Shown: piece by piece, positions 49,975 through 62,828 of the stretch
How positions within the stretch are numbered: position 1 is the first letter of the stretch
How the letters are laid out: every line of letters starts with the position of its first letter
Origin: Octopus sinensis
Lineage: Eukaryota
Reading direction: 5' to 3'
NCBI RefSeq assembly: GCF_006345805.1
Contig: NC_043013.1
Coordinates: forward strand, 248,001-312,000
Length of the DNA: 64,000 bases
Notes under the pieces: generated by a model
Seen by the model: only the letters and a program-made list of their open reading frames with translations
The model's database searches: none
Told to the model about the DNA's origin: nothing
Translations under genes and position numbers: made by a program

Positions 49975-50330
49975 CAAGAAATTTGCTTCCCAGTCACATG
50001 GTTCCACATTCAGCCCTACTGAGTGTCATCTTGGGCAAGTGCCCTGTCTTATAACCCTGGGCCAACCTTGTAGGTGGATTTGATAAACAGAATGTGTGTG
50101 TCTCTGTCTGTGTGTGTGTTTGTAACTGTTTCCTTGCCTTGACCCTGCATGATAGTTGCAATCAAGTGCCACCATCCTGCAAGTGGTATCCATCTTTAAT
50201 CTTTCACAAAGACATGTCTGGCCTGGGAGGGGGTGGGGGTATTACCTTACTTGGAAACAGACGAAGGTCAGCAACAGGTAGGTATCCAGCCATAGAAAAT
50301 TGACTCCAATGAATTACATTCAACGTGGGA
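49975..50330 (+). mobile_element. Decayed third-family SINE
   Basis: cagtcacatggttccacattcagccctactg...ttgggcaagtg...ccttgtaggtggattt followed by a GT repeat. Confidence 0.55.
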
Positions 50331-50701
50331 GGAAGAGCAACCGAGGGTTTTTTGTTTTTGCAAAATCAGCCAATTTTCTCACAAATATGGAAAAATGAAA
50401 TTCAAATACCAAAAGCTTAAGTGTAAATACGCTCTCTTTATATGAAGTACATTTTAAGCAGAACAACCAGCAGGTGGTTTGATTGTAAACCACAAGAGGG
50501 TACCATCATTTACAAGCAAAATCAATGGAGCTTCAAAATGTAAATCTGGATATATAAGTCATTATAAAAAAGGAAACTTAGGAATATTTAAGAAATTGAA
50601 TGAATTAGTGAGACGAAGGCAAGTTAACCAAACCAGGAAATGTAACTATGAGAAAATACTTGTAAATAAATAATCACAACACAATCCAAGATTTTATATT
50701 A

Positions 50702-51947
50702 TCAGGTCATTAAGAATGAAATGTCAGATTTTCTTAAGCCCCAAGTTTGACAGTCATTAATCTTTTATTCTGACAATTCTTTGTTTTACAACATTAAAGA
50801 GCTACATCATCATTTTTTGAAATGCAATTCATGGTGAGTTTTCTCTTGTAAATCAATTTTTGGGAACCTATGGATAGATAAAAAATTTGTGTTGTTTATG
50901 AATATGAGTTCCGTTGTGGGACCAAACTTCAATGAGGTGTTGGGTGAAGATGTTGCGAATGAGCGCACTGTATGTCGATGGTTCAAGAAGTTCCAGTCTG
51001 GTGACTTTATTCTTAAAAATCAGCCCCGTGGTAGCCCTGAGACGAAGGTGGATAATGATGAGGTGGAAACTGTAGTGGAAACGGATACATCTAAAACTAT
51101 GCAGAGTTACTATGCAAGGTTTGATGTTTTGATTCCAACTGTGTTGGACCATCTGAAATAAACCGGCAGAGTAAAGAAGCTGGACAAGTAGGTACCACAC
51201 AAACTGAATGAGTCTCAAATGACATGTTATCTTGAAACTTGCTGTTCTTTGCCGTCATGGCATAAAAGCAAACCATTTTTGCATTGTAATGTTATACATG
51301 ATGAAAAATGGATTCCTTTCAACAATAGCAAGTGTTGTGCACAGCAGCTGGATAAAGACGAAGTGCCAAAACACAATCCAAAAAGAATATTCACCAAAAA
51401 AACAAAAAAGCTAACGGTGTCTGTTTGGTGGTCCAGTGCTGGTGTCGTCCACTACAGCTTCATGAGACCTGGTCAGTCAATTACAGTGGATGTATACATC
51501 AACCAGTTGGATGAAATGATGAGTGAACGCGCAATTAAACAACCAAGATTGGTCAATAGAGACAGGCCAATTCCCTTGCAAGACAATGCTTGACCACAAG
51601 TTGCACAAACTATGCTACTCAAGTTACAGGAATTGAACTTGGAATGTCATCCACCATATTCAGTAGACCTTGCACCAACTGACTCTCACATTTTCCAGGC
51701 ATTAGACAACTTTTTGCAAAGGAAAAACTTCAAATCTGAAGATGATGCAAAAACAGCCTTTTTGTGGTTTTCATTGTCTCTTACTGTCAAGAATTCTTCA
51801 CTGCCAGCAGAAATATGCTACCAATAAAATGACAAAATTATGCTGATAATTTAGGGACATACTTTGATTAACTGCATTGATTTTTGTTGAGATAAAGTAA
51901 AATAAACTTTCAGTTCAAAATCAGACATTGCATTCTTAATGACTTGA
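50702..51947 (+). mobile_element. Full-length decayed mariner (DD34D-type) transposon
   Basis: TIRs tcaggtcattaagaatgaaatgtcagatttt / reverse complement at 51916-51947, TA on both sides; transposase ERTVCRWFKKF..GDF, VPHKL, HDEKW, LQDNA*P, HPPYSVDLAPTD with stops and frameshifts. Confidence 0.95.
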
Positions 51948-52261
51948 TACAAAAATTCTTTTGTTCCAGAATAATGTGAGAGAGAGAGAGCAACAATTAT
52001 AAAAGTTGTAAATACTTAAAATTTTATTTCTACTTTAATTACTTAACCCATTTCACTACCAATTGCCATAGAAACCAACCAGACTTCAACATTTTTACAA
52101 GATACTAAAAATCCTCAATCACTAAATTTATAACGGAAGAGAAGACATGTGAACACAAGAGACAAGAAGAATATTCATATCATGTTAGATTAGAAAATGT
52201 TTAATTTTCATTGCCATCTGTTTTTGTTTTGTTTTTAAAAAATAGGTAATTAATTAACTAT

Positions 52262-53412
52262 TTAGGTTGCCCCACATGAAGTGGTTACTCTTTAAAATTT
52301 GTTTTCATGAATGCATGTCTGCTAAATTTTAAAGCATCAACTCTTGCTATGCATTTTTCTATATTATTTGCTGACATCAATTTTAGAAAATCTTAAATTC
52401 ATTGCTGATTATATGAGGGTTTCAAAATTTTTGCCTTGCTTTTGCAGATGCTATCTGTAAAAGAAGTCTGGTTTTTGATTTTGTATGAACTTAAAACTCA
52501 GTAAAAATGCATCTCAACAACATGAACAAAATGGTTCTATACATTTCTTGAGCTGGAGACAAGCACTTGAATAACAAGCCCCATAGACTCCACCCACTGG
52601 TGGTCAATGATAATACAATGAAACAAGCTGTGAATGCTAATCCTAGGAATTACTGATTGAGCGCTTGCCAATAATTTAAAGGCTTCAAAACCATCTGTAG
52701 GATGTCATCTTGCAATGAGCAGTAAAGTGAAAAAACTGGACAAATTTGTTCCACAGGAATTAAGCACTGCAAACAAGATTGTTTGACAATCTGTTCCTTT
52801 CTTCTTGTACAAAACAACAGGGAACCATTTTCAAAAAGAATAATCACCTGTGATTAAAAATTTAAAACAAAATAAATCCTTAATGACAACAGTAAAAGCT
52901 CTATGCCATGGCTGGATCCTGAAGAGTTGCTTGGACATGTGTCAAAACTTTTTATATCACCAAAAGGTTATGGTCACTATTTGGTGATATCATTAAGGAA
53001 GCATCCATTATTTGTTTCCGCAATCCTACTAACTGCCAGCAAACAGAGGAAATGTATTCCAAATTCACCAGTAAACATCTGGCACAATCAGACAAGGGAC
53101 TTTTGCATGGCAAGGCCAGACACCCCACATCACAAACCAGACCAAAGCGAACTTACAGTAATATTGGATTATCCTTATATTTACCAGACTTATAGCCAAT
53201 AGGCTTTCATTTATTTTGCTCCCTTGGGAAAAAGTATGCAAACAATTAAGTAATGATAATATTTGAACAATTCATAGCTTCAAAAGACAATTTTTTTCAG
53301 AGAAGGAAATATAAAGTTTTCCAAGGTGACATTGAAGCAAATGAAACCTATTTTGATTAATAAATAATGATTGTAAATATTTTACTTATTCCTTTCATGT
53401 GGGACAGCCTAA
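52262..53412 (+). mobile_element. Older mariner remnant, different TIR family
   Basis: TIRs ttaggttgcccacatgaag / ttcatgtgggacagcctaa+ta; KVKKLDKFVPQEL, EPFSKRIITCD and PYLPDL*PIGFHLF traces. Confidence 0.8.
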
Positions 53413-54463
53413 TACATGTAAATTATTAAAAGCTATTAAAGTACCCAGCCAACAACTAATATCAAATAAAGAAAAAGAAGAAAAAAAGTAGTGTGAATGG
53501 TGTGGAGCAGAATGCAGAGCTATGCCGAAACTTTAATAGATGAAACGGGGTTACTAAACTGAAATTTGTGTGTTTAATCAGGTAATTAAATTGATTTATT
53601 ATTAGGTAGTGTCCCTATCTAAACATTCAAGACTCACTAAAACAGAAATTTAGAGGAAATTTAGAATAGTTACAGTTCAAGGCTAATGTAGACTTGAACT
53701 TGAACACCTTGGCCTCTTTGCACAAGCCTAGAAATAAGAAAAAGAAACGAAAAAAAGTGGCAGCAATTATTTGAATCTAATTGCAATAATATGGAAGTGC
53801 TTAATTGGAGACTTAATATAATCAAGCAGGTATCAAATCCTCAATTTTGAAAATTAGTTTTCTTTTGATACGTTTTGTTTTTGGTTTTTTTTTTTTTTTT
53901 ACATATTCTGAAATGTGAACCTCAGATTTCTTTTATTCAACCAAAGAACTAAATTCATGGTAAACAAGAATTAGATTTTCTGGCAAACAAAACAGAAATT
54001 TTGATAGTTAAAAAAAATTGCATTTTTAATTGCCCATACCAGTACAAATAAAATTTAATATCTGAACCATTTTCTGATCCCACATTCAAAACAAACATGA
54101 AAATATGGAACAAGACCTAAAGAGCAAAACAAATTTGAAAAGCAATGTAATACCTCTACAAGCTTATATTAAGGTGTATAAAACTGAAGCCCATATGGTA
54201 CAGCTGAGCATTCTCTCTAGGGACAATTTATATAATGAAACAAATTCAAGAAAAGCAAATGTTAAGCAAGGTAATTTACCTAATTTACAAAAATAAAAAT
54301 AGTAAAATAAAAGATCTAAATAGAGTGTCATAAAAATCTCTCAAAATGTAAAACAAATTCCAGTCCCCCTCCAAATAAATAAAAACTGACATTCATATAT
54401 TTCATATGAGATTCGAAGAGACAAGTGCAAAGTGCTAAAAGCTATGTAAGGCATTAAACTCAC

Positions 54464-54564
54464 CTTCCTAAAATATCATTGAACCTAGGATCCAAATCAA
54501 TTTGATATTTGTTTATGTATCCATAAAGGTCATCTGTTCCTAAAACCTTGGCAATGCGAACCAG
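54464..54564 (-). CDS. CSNK2A1: Casein kinase II alpha exon
   Basis: ttttcag|CTG; [33 protein letters not shown](R); AG|gtgagt; 101 nt. Confidence 0.97.
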
Positions 54565-54717
54565 CTGAAAAAGGTTTTTTTTAAATATATCTACATCAAT
54601 GCAAATTACAACAATTTCATAAGAAACAAAAGTAAACATCACAAATTTCAATCCAGAGGCTTATAATACAACCATTATAATCCAACACTCTTCCAAATTA
54701 ATCCAGTTGAAACCAAT

Positions 54718-54940
54718 TTAAGCCTTTAGCACTCAGATTACTGTCAGAAGTAAGGCTTATTTGTTCACATTGTTTTAAATTAATCCTGCATTACACCATA
54801 ACTTTAAGATTTCAATGATATTGTTTATTTTTAGAATGGCATTGTAGGGTAAGTGTGAGAAGTCAGGCCCAACTGATTTGAATACAAAACAGGAAGAATA
54901 TTTGGGTTGGATATGGCCAATTTAAATGCTAAAGGGATAG
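54718..54940. mobile_element. TTAA-flanked MITE
   Basis: ttaagcctttagcac...aatgctaaaggg; same family as 15692. Confidence 0.6.
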
Positions 54941-55099
54941 ATAAAATTGGCTTTCTGAAAGTATCATCCACAATTAAATACAGATATGCAAAACAGGAGG
55001 GACGTTCTTCTTCAATAGTTCAAATCTTTATGACACCTAGATTCCAAAACTGACAGAGAACCCATTATACATTGGCTCAGCTCTATTTCAAAAGCTATC

Positions 55100-55290
55100 A
55101 TCATCATTGTTTAACATCCACTTTCCATGCTGGCATGGGTTGGATGACTTGACATGGAGCTGTCCAGACTCCAGCTGTCTGTTGAGGCATGGTTTCTATG
55201 GCTGGATGCCTTTCCTAATGCCAACCACTTTACAGAATGTGCTGGGTACTTTTTATGTGCCACTGGCATGAGTGCTCTTTAAGTGGCACC
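55100..55290 (-). mobile_element. RTE 3'-UTR fragment
   Basis: atcatcatcattgtttaacatccactttccatgctggcatgggttgg...gctggatgcctttcctaatgccaaccac. Confidence 0.7.
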
Positions 55291-57687
55291 AGCACCTGAA
55301 AGGACAAGCTTGGAGGTGTGCAAGACAGAGATTTTACTTAGCTTGACATGTCTATATCAAGTACAGCAAATCACCACATCTCCTGGTTCTTTTATGCCAA
55401 AAGTTATGTCTGTGATATTTCTTCACCTGCATTTGTTATGCCATCTTCGTTCCCAGATTTCTCTGAAATCATCACTACAGTCCAACTCTTCAAAATCATT
55501 GGACTTAAACCTGTTTACAAGACTGGTTATTTATACAGGTCTTTTCCAACAATAAAAACACAACACACTCACATATAATTTGGACATTTTTATGTAATTA
55601 GTCAGTACTCATCGCTCCTTTCATGGCATCCAAAACTGTAATGGCTGATAACAACTGGATAATAGTAAAGCAAGAGAAGAACAGACAAGCAAAAGAACGG
55701 ATGCTTCAGGTGATGAATGGTGAGAGGCTCGGAGCTGAAGCCATTCAAACACAAATGACAACAGGAGCCAAGAAGCAGCAGATGGATTCTTGTAGTTGGC
55801 TTTTTCCTACAATGTTATCATCTGTAGAAGTTTCACAACCAACCCTGACCATGGAATCCAACCAGGGGGGTCTCCCCCCCCTCTCTCTTAAAATATATTC
55901 GAGAAAAAAAGGTGGATCACATCAAAAAGATGCAGTTAGTACAAAATATCGGGCAACCATCTCTGACTTTTTTACTGGCTGTTTCAAAACCGTTTTACAT
56001 TCTGAAATTCATGATTAATAGAAAGAGAAAAGGCACCCAAAATGTCAAAGTAGATAACATTGCCATTTTCCATCTTGACACTACATCTGGGCTTAAATAC
56101 ATCAAACAGGATTTCATACTCCAGGATCCTGTAATTTGTTACTATACACCAGAGAGAGACACTCAATGAATTCTGTTGTTTTTTTGGAAGTCAATAAAAT
56201 TTATTGACAATATTGATACATTTATCCTGCATGTGAGAAAATGAGTTCTGCTCGTTAGTGAACAGAGGGAACATTTATGTCAACTTTACAGTCTGAATTC
56301 AAGTGTTTTGGAGAGAACCAAATGATAGAAACTTTAATTGTTGGACACAGTTTTTGTACATAGACAAAAGCAAAACTGGTAAGAGATGTTGATGATGTAT
56401 CAGGAGAGAGCTTGTGGGTATCAGTGAAGGGTAGTGTTGTCTTATTGATGTAAAAGTAGATGTAGTTAGAAGTGACAGTAATGAGTCCACTGTCAGATGG
56501 TATGTCCAGACAACCCTTTTCTTACCAACACCCAATACTGAATGCTGTCATAAGAAAGTGCCTGAGACTTTTTGAGATTACCTATTGATATTTCAGTTAA
56601 ATTTCCAACTGAAATCTTGTTATGCATTAACGATAAGACACAATTTGATAGCCAACACTTGCAAACACACTGTCAGGCATCTAAGACATGTATTCCATTT
56701 TATAACCTCTCCCACTACCACCACCACTTATAAGGGGCAGTGTTTTTTTTTTTTTTCTTTCTTTTTAATTAAATAAAATTCTATAAGCTACAGATTAACT
56801 AATAACAACTCTGAATGATTTTCAAATGTACCAAATGTGTAAATATTGAAAAGTTGTAGTGGAAGTGAGGATTTCTGGAAAAGGAGAAAAAGTATAAAAA
56901 TCATAAAATATTTTTCTTCCAAAATTTAAAAAAAAACCAACAAAAAACACCTCAGGCCCAATCAGCCACCCTCATAACTTAATTACAATTGATTATGTAC
57001 TTTCATTTATTCCAAGTGTTCCATATGATAAAGATGGAGATTAATTGATGTGCAAAAAGGGCTGGGAGCAATAAACTTGGAGAGGAGGCATAATATTAGC
57101 TAATAATTCTTTTTATAAGATGTTATTTAAAGCAAAATTCAAATGATTTTACATTTCTGAGTTTACCTGTAATTAACACTAATCAAAGTAGTTTTGAGAA
57201 AAACATTCTGTATTAGATTTAGATACGAATCTGTTGTGTTCAAAAATACTACCTTAATATATTTATGAAAAGGGCAGTTTTGTTTTTTTGTTTGTTTTTT
57301 TTTTTGTTTTTTACAAAACTAGTCTAAAAATATGATTTTTAGAATTTAACTGAAACACAGGGAAACATTTCAGTTAATCTGTTAACAAAAGAGTTAATCA
57401 GATGATTGTGTAAGCAATGGGGAGAGAGGAAGAAATAGGAAAGAAATGGAACTTTATAGCAATGTAGGTTTGACACAAAATCAGTGTGGCAAAAATTACT
57501 TTCTCTCTCCTAGTTTATTTATAGTGATACAAATTTAGAGATTAGTCACAGATAATAGATAGGAAATCTAACGCCGTACTACTACAAGATACAAGCAAAT
57601 GTCTAGATTTTAAAAGGATTAAAAAACCTCTGTAAACAAACGAGCAAAAAAAAAAATCAAATTCACTGTTAATGAAAATCTACTGAC

Positions 57688-57789
57688 CTGATCATAATTA
57701 TCATGACCATGAAAGAACGGCTCTTTTCTGAATATCATACTGGCAAACATGCAACCTAAACTCCACATATCCAAAGAATAATCATACAT
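57688..57789 (-). CDS. CSNK2A1: Casein kinase II alpha exon
   Basis: tttcag|ATG; [34 protein letters not shown]; CAG|gtcagt; 102 nt. Confidence 0.97.
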
Positions 57790-58451
57790 CTGAAATGCAA
57801 GAAAAATTATAGAATTACTCAAGGTTGTGTCTTCTAAGTTTTAAATTCCATAAATACTTCTTTGAGATGTCTGAAACTTGGGATTTAAGGAGTCATTGCT
57901 GAATCTTTTGTAACATATCAGGGTTGTTAGAAAGACAAAGTTGATTTCTTTGGGAATTTGCCTATTAAGTTGTTTTTTTTGTTGTTTTTGTTTTAAATAC
58001 AGAATTTTTAAATAACATCTCATATTTTAAATGGTTTAGTTTCCTCTTTAACACAGAAGCATCAAAAGAATTTCTCTCCTCCAAATTCTAAAATGTTTCT
58101 AATGAATCATTTCCAGATTATTTTCAGACCATAGGTGCTCTAAAAACACAGGTTCACAAGAAAAACATATGTTACAAATTGCTAAATCCAGTCTAAATGC
58201 ATTGCTGGATGCACTAGTTGGTACCTGTTAGGCAATCATTTATATTAAATATGAACATATACACTTTATAGCTGTCGGTACAATGTTGAATACTTTGAAC
58301 AGATAAAGCAATTGGTCTAAGTTCCTGCTTCTCATTACAGCAATCCAAATGAAAGCAGACTTTTACAAGACAGATAAACTTTTGTCTTTGTGATAAGACT
58401 ACAAACTATACAGAGAGCAAACAGCAACGGAACTGGAATATGACAAGTCAG

Positions 58452-58537
58452 ATGCTGAAGGGCTGGTGACATCATCCATGCTGAAGGGCTGGTGACATCA
58501 TCCATACTGAAGGGCTGATGACATCATCCATACTGAA
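58452..58537. repeat. 26-bp minisatellite, about 3.3 copies
   Basis: Unit atgctgaagggctggtgacatcatcc with 1-2 substitutions per copy. Confidence 0.9.
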
Positions 58538-58599
58538 AACTCTAAATAACACTAAAATGCTTGTAAATAGTAAATGTTTATTTTCATTATGTATATATA

Positions 58600-60041
58600 C
58601 ACAGAACCGCAAAAGAAATGTGATTTTTTCAAATGTCAATTTTATATGGTAAATTCTGAAAATTGTAAATTGTGTAAAATGTAAGTGTAAATATTCCAAG
58701 ACATGGTGGTTTATGGCTGAAACCTAAATTGTAGGTAACTTTTCAACTTTCCCTAAAACGAGACGCCATAATGCAGTGCATTGAATGCCGGCCATGGCAG
58801 TTGCGAACAATTGTCATGAAAACCAAAATGCATATGCATCTCGTGGAGGTTATGGGTATAAAAATCAACTTGAAGTGCGTTCCTGGCAAGCGTAATTTGG
58901 GCGCATCAGGTATGACCCGATTGTCAGCAGTGGACAGCAATGGGAACAAACTGTTGACTAATTGCAAGCAGGGCAGCATGCCCTGGTAGTTGTGAAAGCT
59001 TACTATGTTCATATCAGCACCATCTATCACGTGCAACAGCAACACTAAACCAACAGCACTGCAGACCATGCCAGCAGAGCCCCCCCCCCCCCCCCCCCCC
59101 CGTGATCACACCCAAGCAGGACTGCTTCACTTACCTGCAACACCTCCGTGATCACTTCAGACCAGCCAGCATTACAGCTCGTGAGACAATACGACATTCA
59201 CTGGCCGCCGACAATCTTGTTGCTGTTGTCCTGCTTAAGGGCTTTTCCTCCCTCACTGCTCACCACCATCAAGCACGACAACAGTGGGCAGCAGAGCACC
59301 GACATTGGTGGCGTTAACAATGCAGGTCGATAGTCTAGTCTGGTGAGAGCTGGTACAGCGTTTCCACCTTGGATAACAGAGTGAGGATGAATGCTGCAAC
59401 GCATGTATCATGGAGAGAGACGTGGGATGGCTAAAGCATCATGGTTTGGGGTGCTATAGGACTGAATCAGAGGAATGGGCCCCATGTGTTCCAAAATGTT
59501 GGTGCAGGCAGAGAGAATGGCATTACAGCACAGTACTACATTGACCAGATCCTAAGATCTCACATCGTGCCCTTCTTTGCACATCACCATAGCCGCATGT
59601 TCCAACAGAACAATGCTCCCTCCCACACGGTCAGGGTCACCATGCACTTCCTGCATCGGCACAGCATCAGAACCATCCATGTGGGATGAAATCCAGAGAT
59701 GGCTGAACCAGGTGGTCCCAAGGCTTGACAACTCGTGTGAAACTGGAGGCAGGTTTCCTCAGGGTGTGGGTACAGGTGCCAATGGCTTTTGTGATGCATG
59801 CCATGCACCAACTGTGCATGACCATTTTGAACACCCAGGGAGAGCATACACAGTATTGAATATGTCACACCCTACAATCTTGATGTGCTGGATCCGCCCA
59901 CGACCAGGACATATGACAACAATCTATACACTGTGGTCAATGTGCATCCAAGAAATTGACTTCATCAGATTTATCTCTGACATAATAAAATTAAAACATA
60001 TTTCAGTCCCACACGTCCTGTGTTTCTTTTGCAGTTCAGCG
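58600..60041 (+). mobile_element. Decayed Tc1-like (DD34E-type) transposon
   Basis: TIRs cacagaaccgcaaaagaaa / tttcttttgcagttcagcg with TA at both ends; HLRDHFRPASITARET and MVWGAI...YIDQIL...FQQNNAPSH; poly-C tract at about 59080-59102. Confidence 0.9.
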
Positions 60042-60755
60042 TATATACAATTGGTACTTAGCCCATTATAAGTGTCCATTAGACAATTATACAGCACATA
60101 CATTCTCCGTGTATTTAAAAGACTTTAAAGTTCCAGGTCAACCACCCCCTCCTTTTTTATATTGTTCTTTTAGAAATATTCCACTTATGAAAAATTTTGT
60201 GTCCAAATATCAAATTTATGTTCGGTTTGCAGCAGGGGTTTACAGTACTCTATTACCTCCCTTCCATCATCATGTTGAAGTGGATTTTTTTTTGGGGAGG
60301 GGGGGTCAGTAAAGAATCCCGAGAAGCATACAGTTGTCAATATAAAGTGTTTTCTCCAGATTTCACTTATGGCCCAAACACCAACTTTAATATTGGACAT
60401 GCTGGCATTTCAATCCAGAAACCATTCCACCTGCTGGGACCCAGAATGGAAACGTCGATGCCTGGGATCTAAACCTAAAACACATTAGTGAAAGCTCATG
60501 AGGTTCCAATGTTTCTAAGAACAAAAGAAAATAGTTTTCAACATCAGTACCGCAAATACTCAACAACCACCCACGCAAGAAGTTCAGACTTCTGAAGTAC
60601 TTTTTATTGAAAGCGTTTTTCAATTGGGACAATCTGGCTTAAACATGATACTTTCAACAATAAAGAACTTTTACAAGCTCCAATAGCTCTGGCAAATTTG
60701 CCAATCCCTCAAATAAATACATATATTAAAACAGAAGAAATATCTTGACTTTTAC

Positions 60756-60866
60756 CTGATAATCCAATAGAAGTTCAGGACCTTTGAAATACCTAGATGC
60801 AACTCTTACATTGTATTCCATTCCAGGATGGTAGAACTCTGCCAAACCCCAATCAATAAGACGGAG
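60756..60866 (-). CDS. CSNK2A1: Casein kinase II alpha exon (DWG motif and activation segment; absent from the ORF track)
   Basis: tatttacag|CTC; [37 protein letters not shown]; CAG|gtaaaa; 111 nt. DWG and GPE are CK2-alpha hallmarks. Confidence 0.97.
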
Positions 60867-62828
60867 CTGTAAATAAACATTGGTTTCCTAAAATCAAATA
60901 TTTATGGATGCAATCTGCTACAACATTAAATATAGTAACATTACAATATTTTACGAATGCACTGGGAGATTTAAATGCTGAACTGTTATAAAATAAGTTA
61001 GGAATCTTATTAGTAAAGAATATTATTTAGTTATAGTCAACTAATACAAAAAAAAACCAGCAACAAGGCTTCTACTTAATACTAGTTGGTCAGATTAGGA
61101 TGGGGGCCTAACAATTACTGCATCAGTAATTCATATTTAAATATCTAAAATTCAAAACTATCCAATCTCCAAACATACACTCACAAATTTTATTTATATT
61201 TGTGTTTATGCATATGTTTAGTTGAGAGGTTGAAAAGAGAGTGAGGAGCGGCTAGCATGGTGGTGGTGGTGGTTGGGGGGGGGGGGGGGCAAATGAAGTC
61301 AGTTATAAGATTAAAGAGAAAAGACAACCACACAGTTTTAAGCACCTAATCTTAGCAGTGAACAAAATACAGAATCTGAAAGAAGATCTTTCCCCCACTT
61401 TTATTTCAAAAAGGTGTTACAATGTTTATAACAAACACAAGGTCACATGATATGGGATCCTACAGAAGACATCCATTAGGGATTCTATTTATTCTAAATG
61501 GCTATTGTTTTGGTCTGTAACAACATGGCTTTAAAGTGATAATAGCAAAGTATAAATAGTTTTGCAGGAGGAGCTGTGTTTTGTCTTGCTTTTAATGGCA
61601 GCAGTCAAAAAACTTCTCATGTGAAAACTTAGAAAATATTCAGTGATTTAGAATAACAGATTAAAAGCACAAATGTTGAAGTAAAAATGTTAACAGACAC
61701 AGTCCAATCAGCACAAATGCTCAATATCAAGAAGACAAAAAAAATGCCAAAAATAACAAACGGACTAAGTTCAGAGGAAAAATCACCAACGTCTGTCATT
61801 TAGATTGACCAAATAGCCAGAGTGAGTGAAGAAGGAGACAATGTTTTCTATTTTAATGGACTGGAAATGCTCAGCACTAAGCTTTCAGGACCTTATTGAC
61901 AAAGTAGCGAGTTGTATTTATAAAAAAAAAAAAAGACATTCCATGAATGTGAACCAAGCTCTGTCTCCTACTATTGTGAAATAATAAGAGTTTGTCTTTT
62001 AGGTTGGGTCCCCACTTTTTTCCTCCCTGTTTTGTTTGCAAATAAGCTTTAATATTGCTGTCTTTGTATTTGTATGGGTCAGTGATATTTGTAGCATCAT
62101 AAACTCACCACATCTCTATCTTGCATTACCACTCTAAAGTGCGTAACTTCAGGCTTTCAACTAACTTGTGCTCCACTTTTCGTAAAAAAGTTAACCTTAA
62201 ATATTCTGATTCATGTTCTTCGACATATCCATTATTCCTTACACATGCTTCATAAATTACCTTTCACGTGGCCAAACTTATTTACAGCCTACCCCTACAT
62301 CACTCTAGCTGTTGTTTTCACATTGCAAACACCCTCAGCACTAATCAATTCACTAAACTAACGAACACCTGGAGGGCCTTTCAAGGGTGTTCCCAAATTT
62401 CTACAATCTCTCTCTGCATTCAAAATGATTTTGCCTAAGGACTCGAATGAGAACAATTCCATTACCACATTTATACAACAAAACCAAATAAATCAAATTT
62501 GAATTATGCAAGAGAAGCAGCTCCAGAGTTGAATTTGTGTTTATAAAACATCCCTAACCCTTTTGTTACTGTTGAAGATACACCACATTTATTTCAATTA
62601 TAGACATATTGTGTTAAAGGACACAATATACATCAGAGCTAAGCAATACAAAAATCACTCCAAAAGCAACGGCAATGTACCCCCCCCCCCCATCGCTGTG
62701 GCTTGTCAATGTCATGTATCATTGAAAACCCAGAAGCTTTTTTTTTAAAGGAAAAATTCCCTTTTATAGGCATTTCCTTGACAGAAAACGATTCCATGTG
62801 CAATGCAGCTCAGACTTAAAACTGTAGA

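Noticed and set aside
55623-56018. 131-aa plus-strand ORF in a CK2-alpha intron
   Set aside because: No recognisable motif, it runs through simple repeats, and it has no splice or promoter support.
60404-60462. GAAACGTC with plausible stems I and II, or a poison exon on the minus strand
   Set aside because: The CUGANGA position holds an unrelated 13-nt sequence; the putative exon has only a weak donor (gtggaa).
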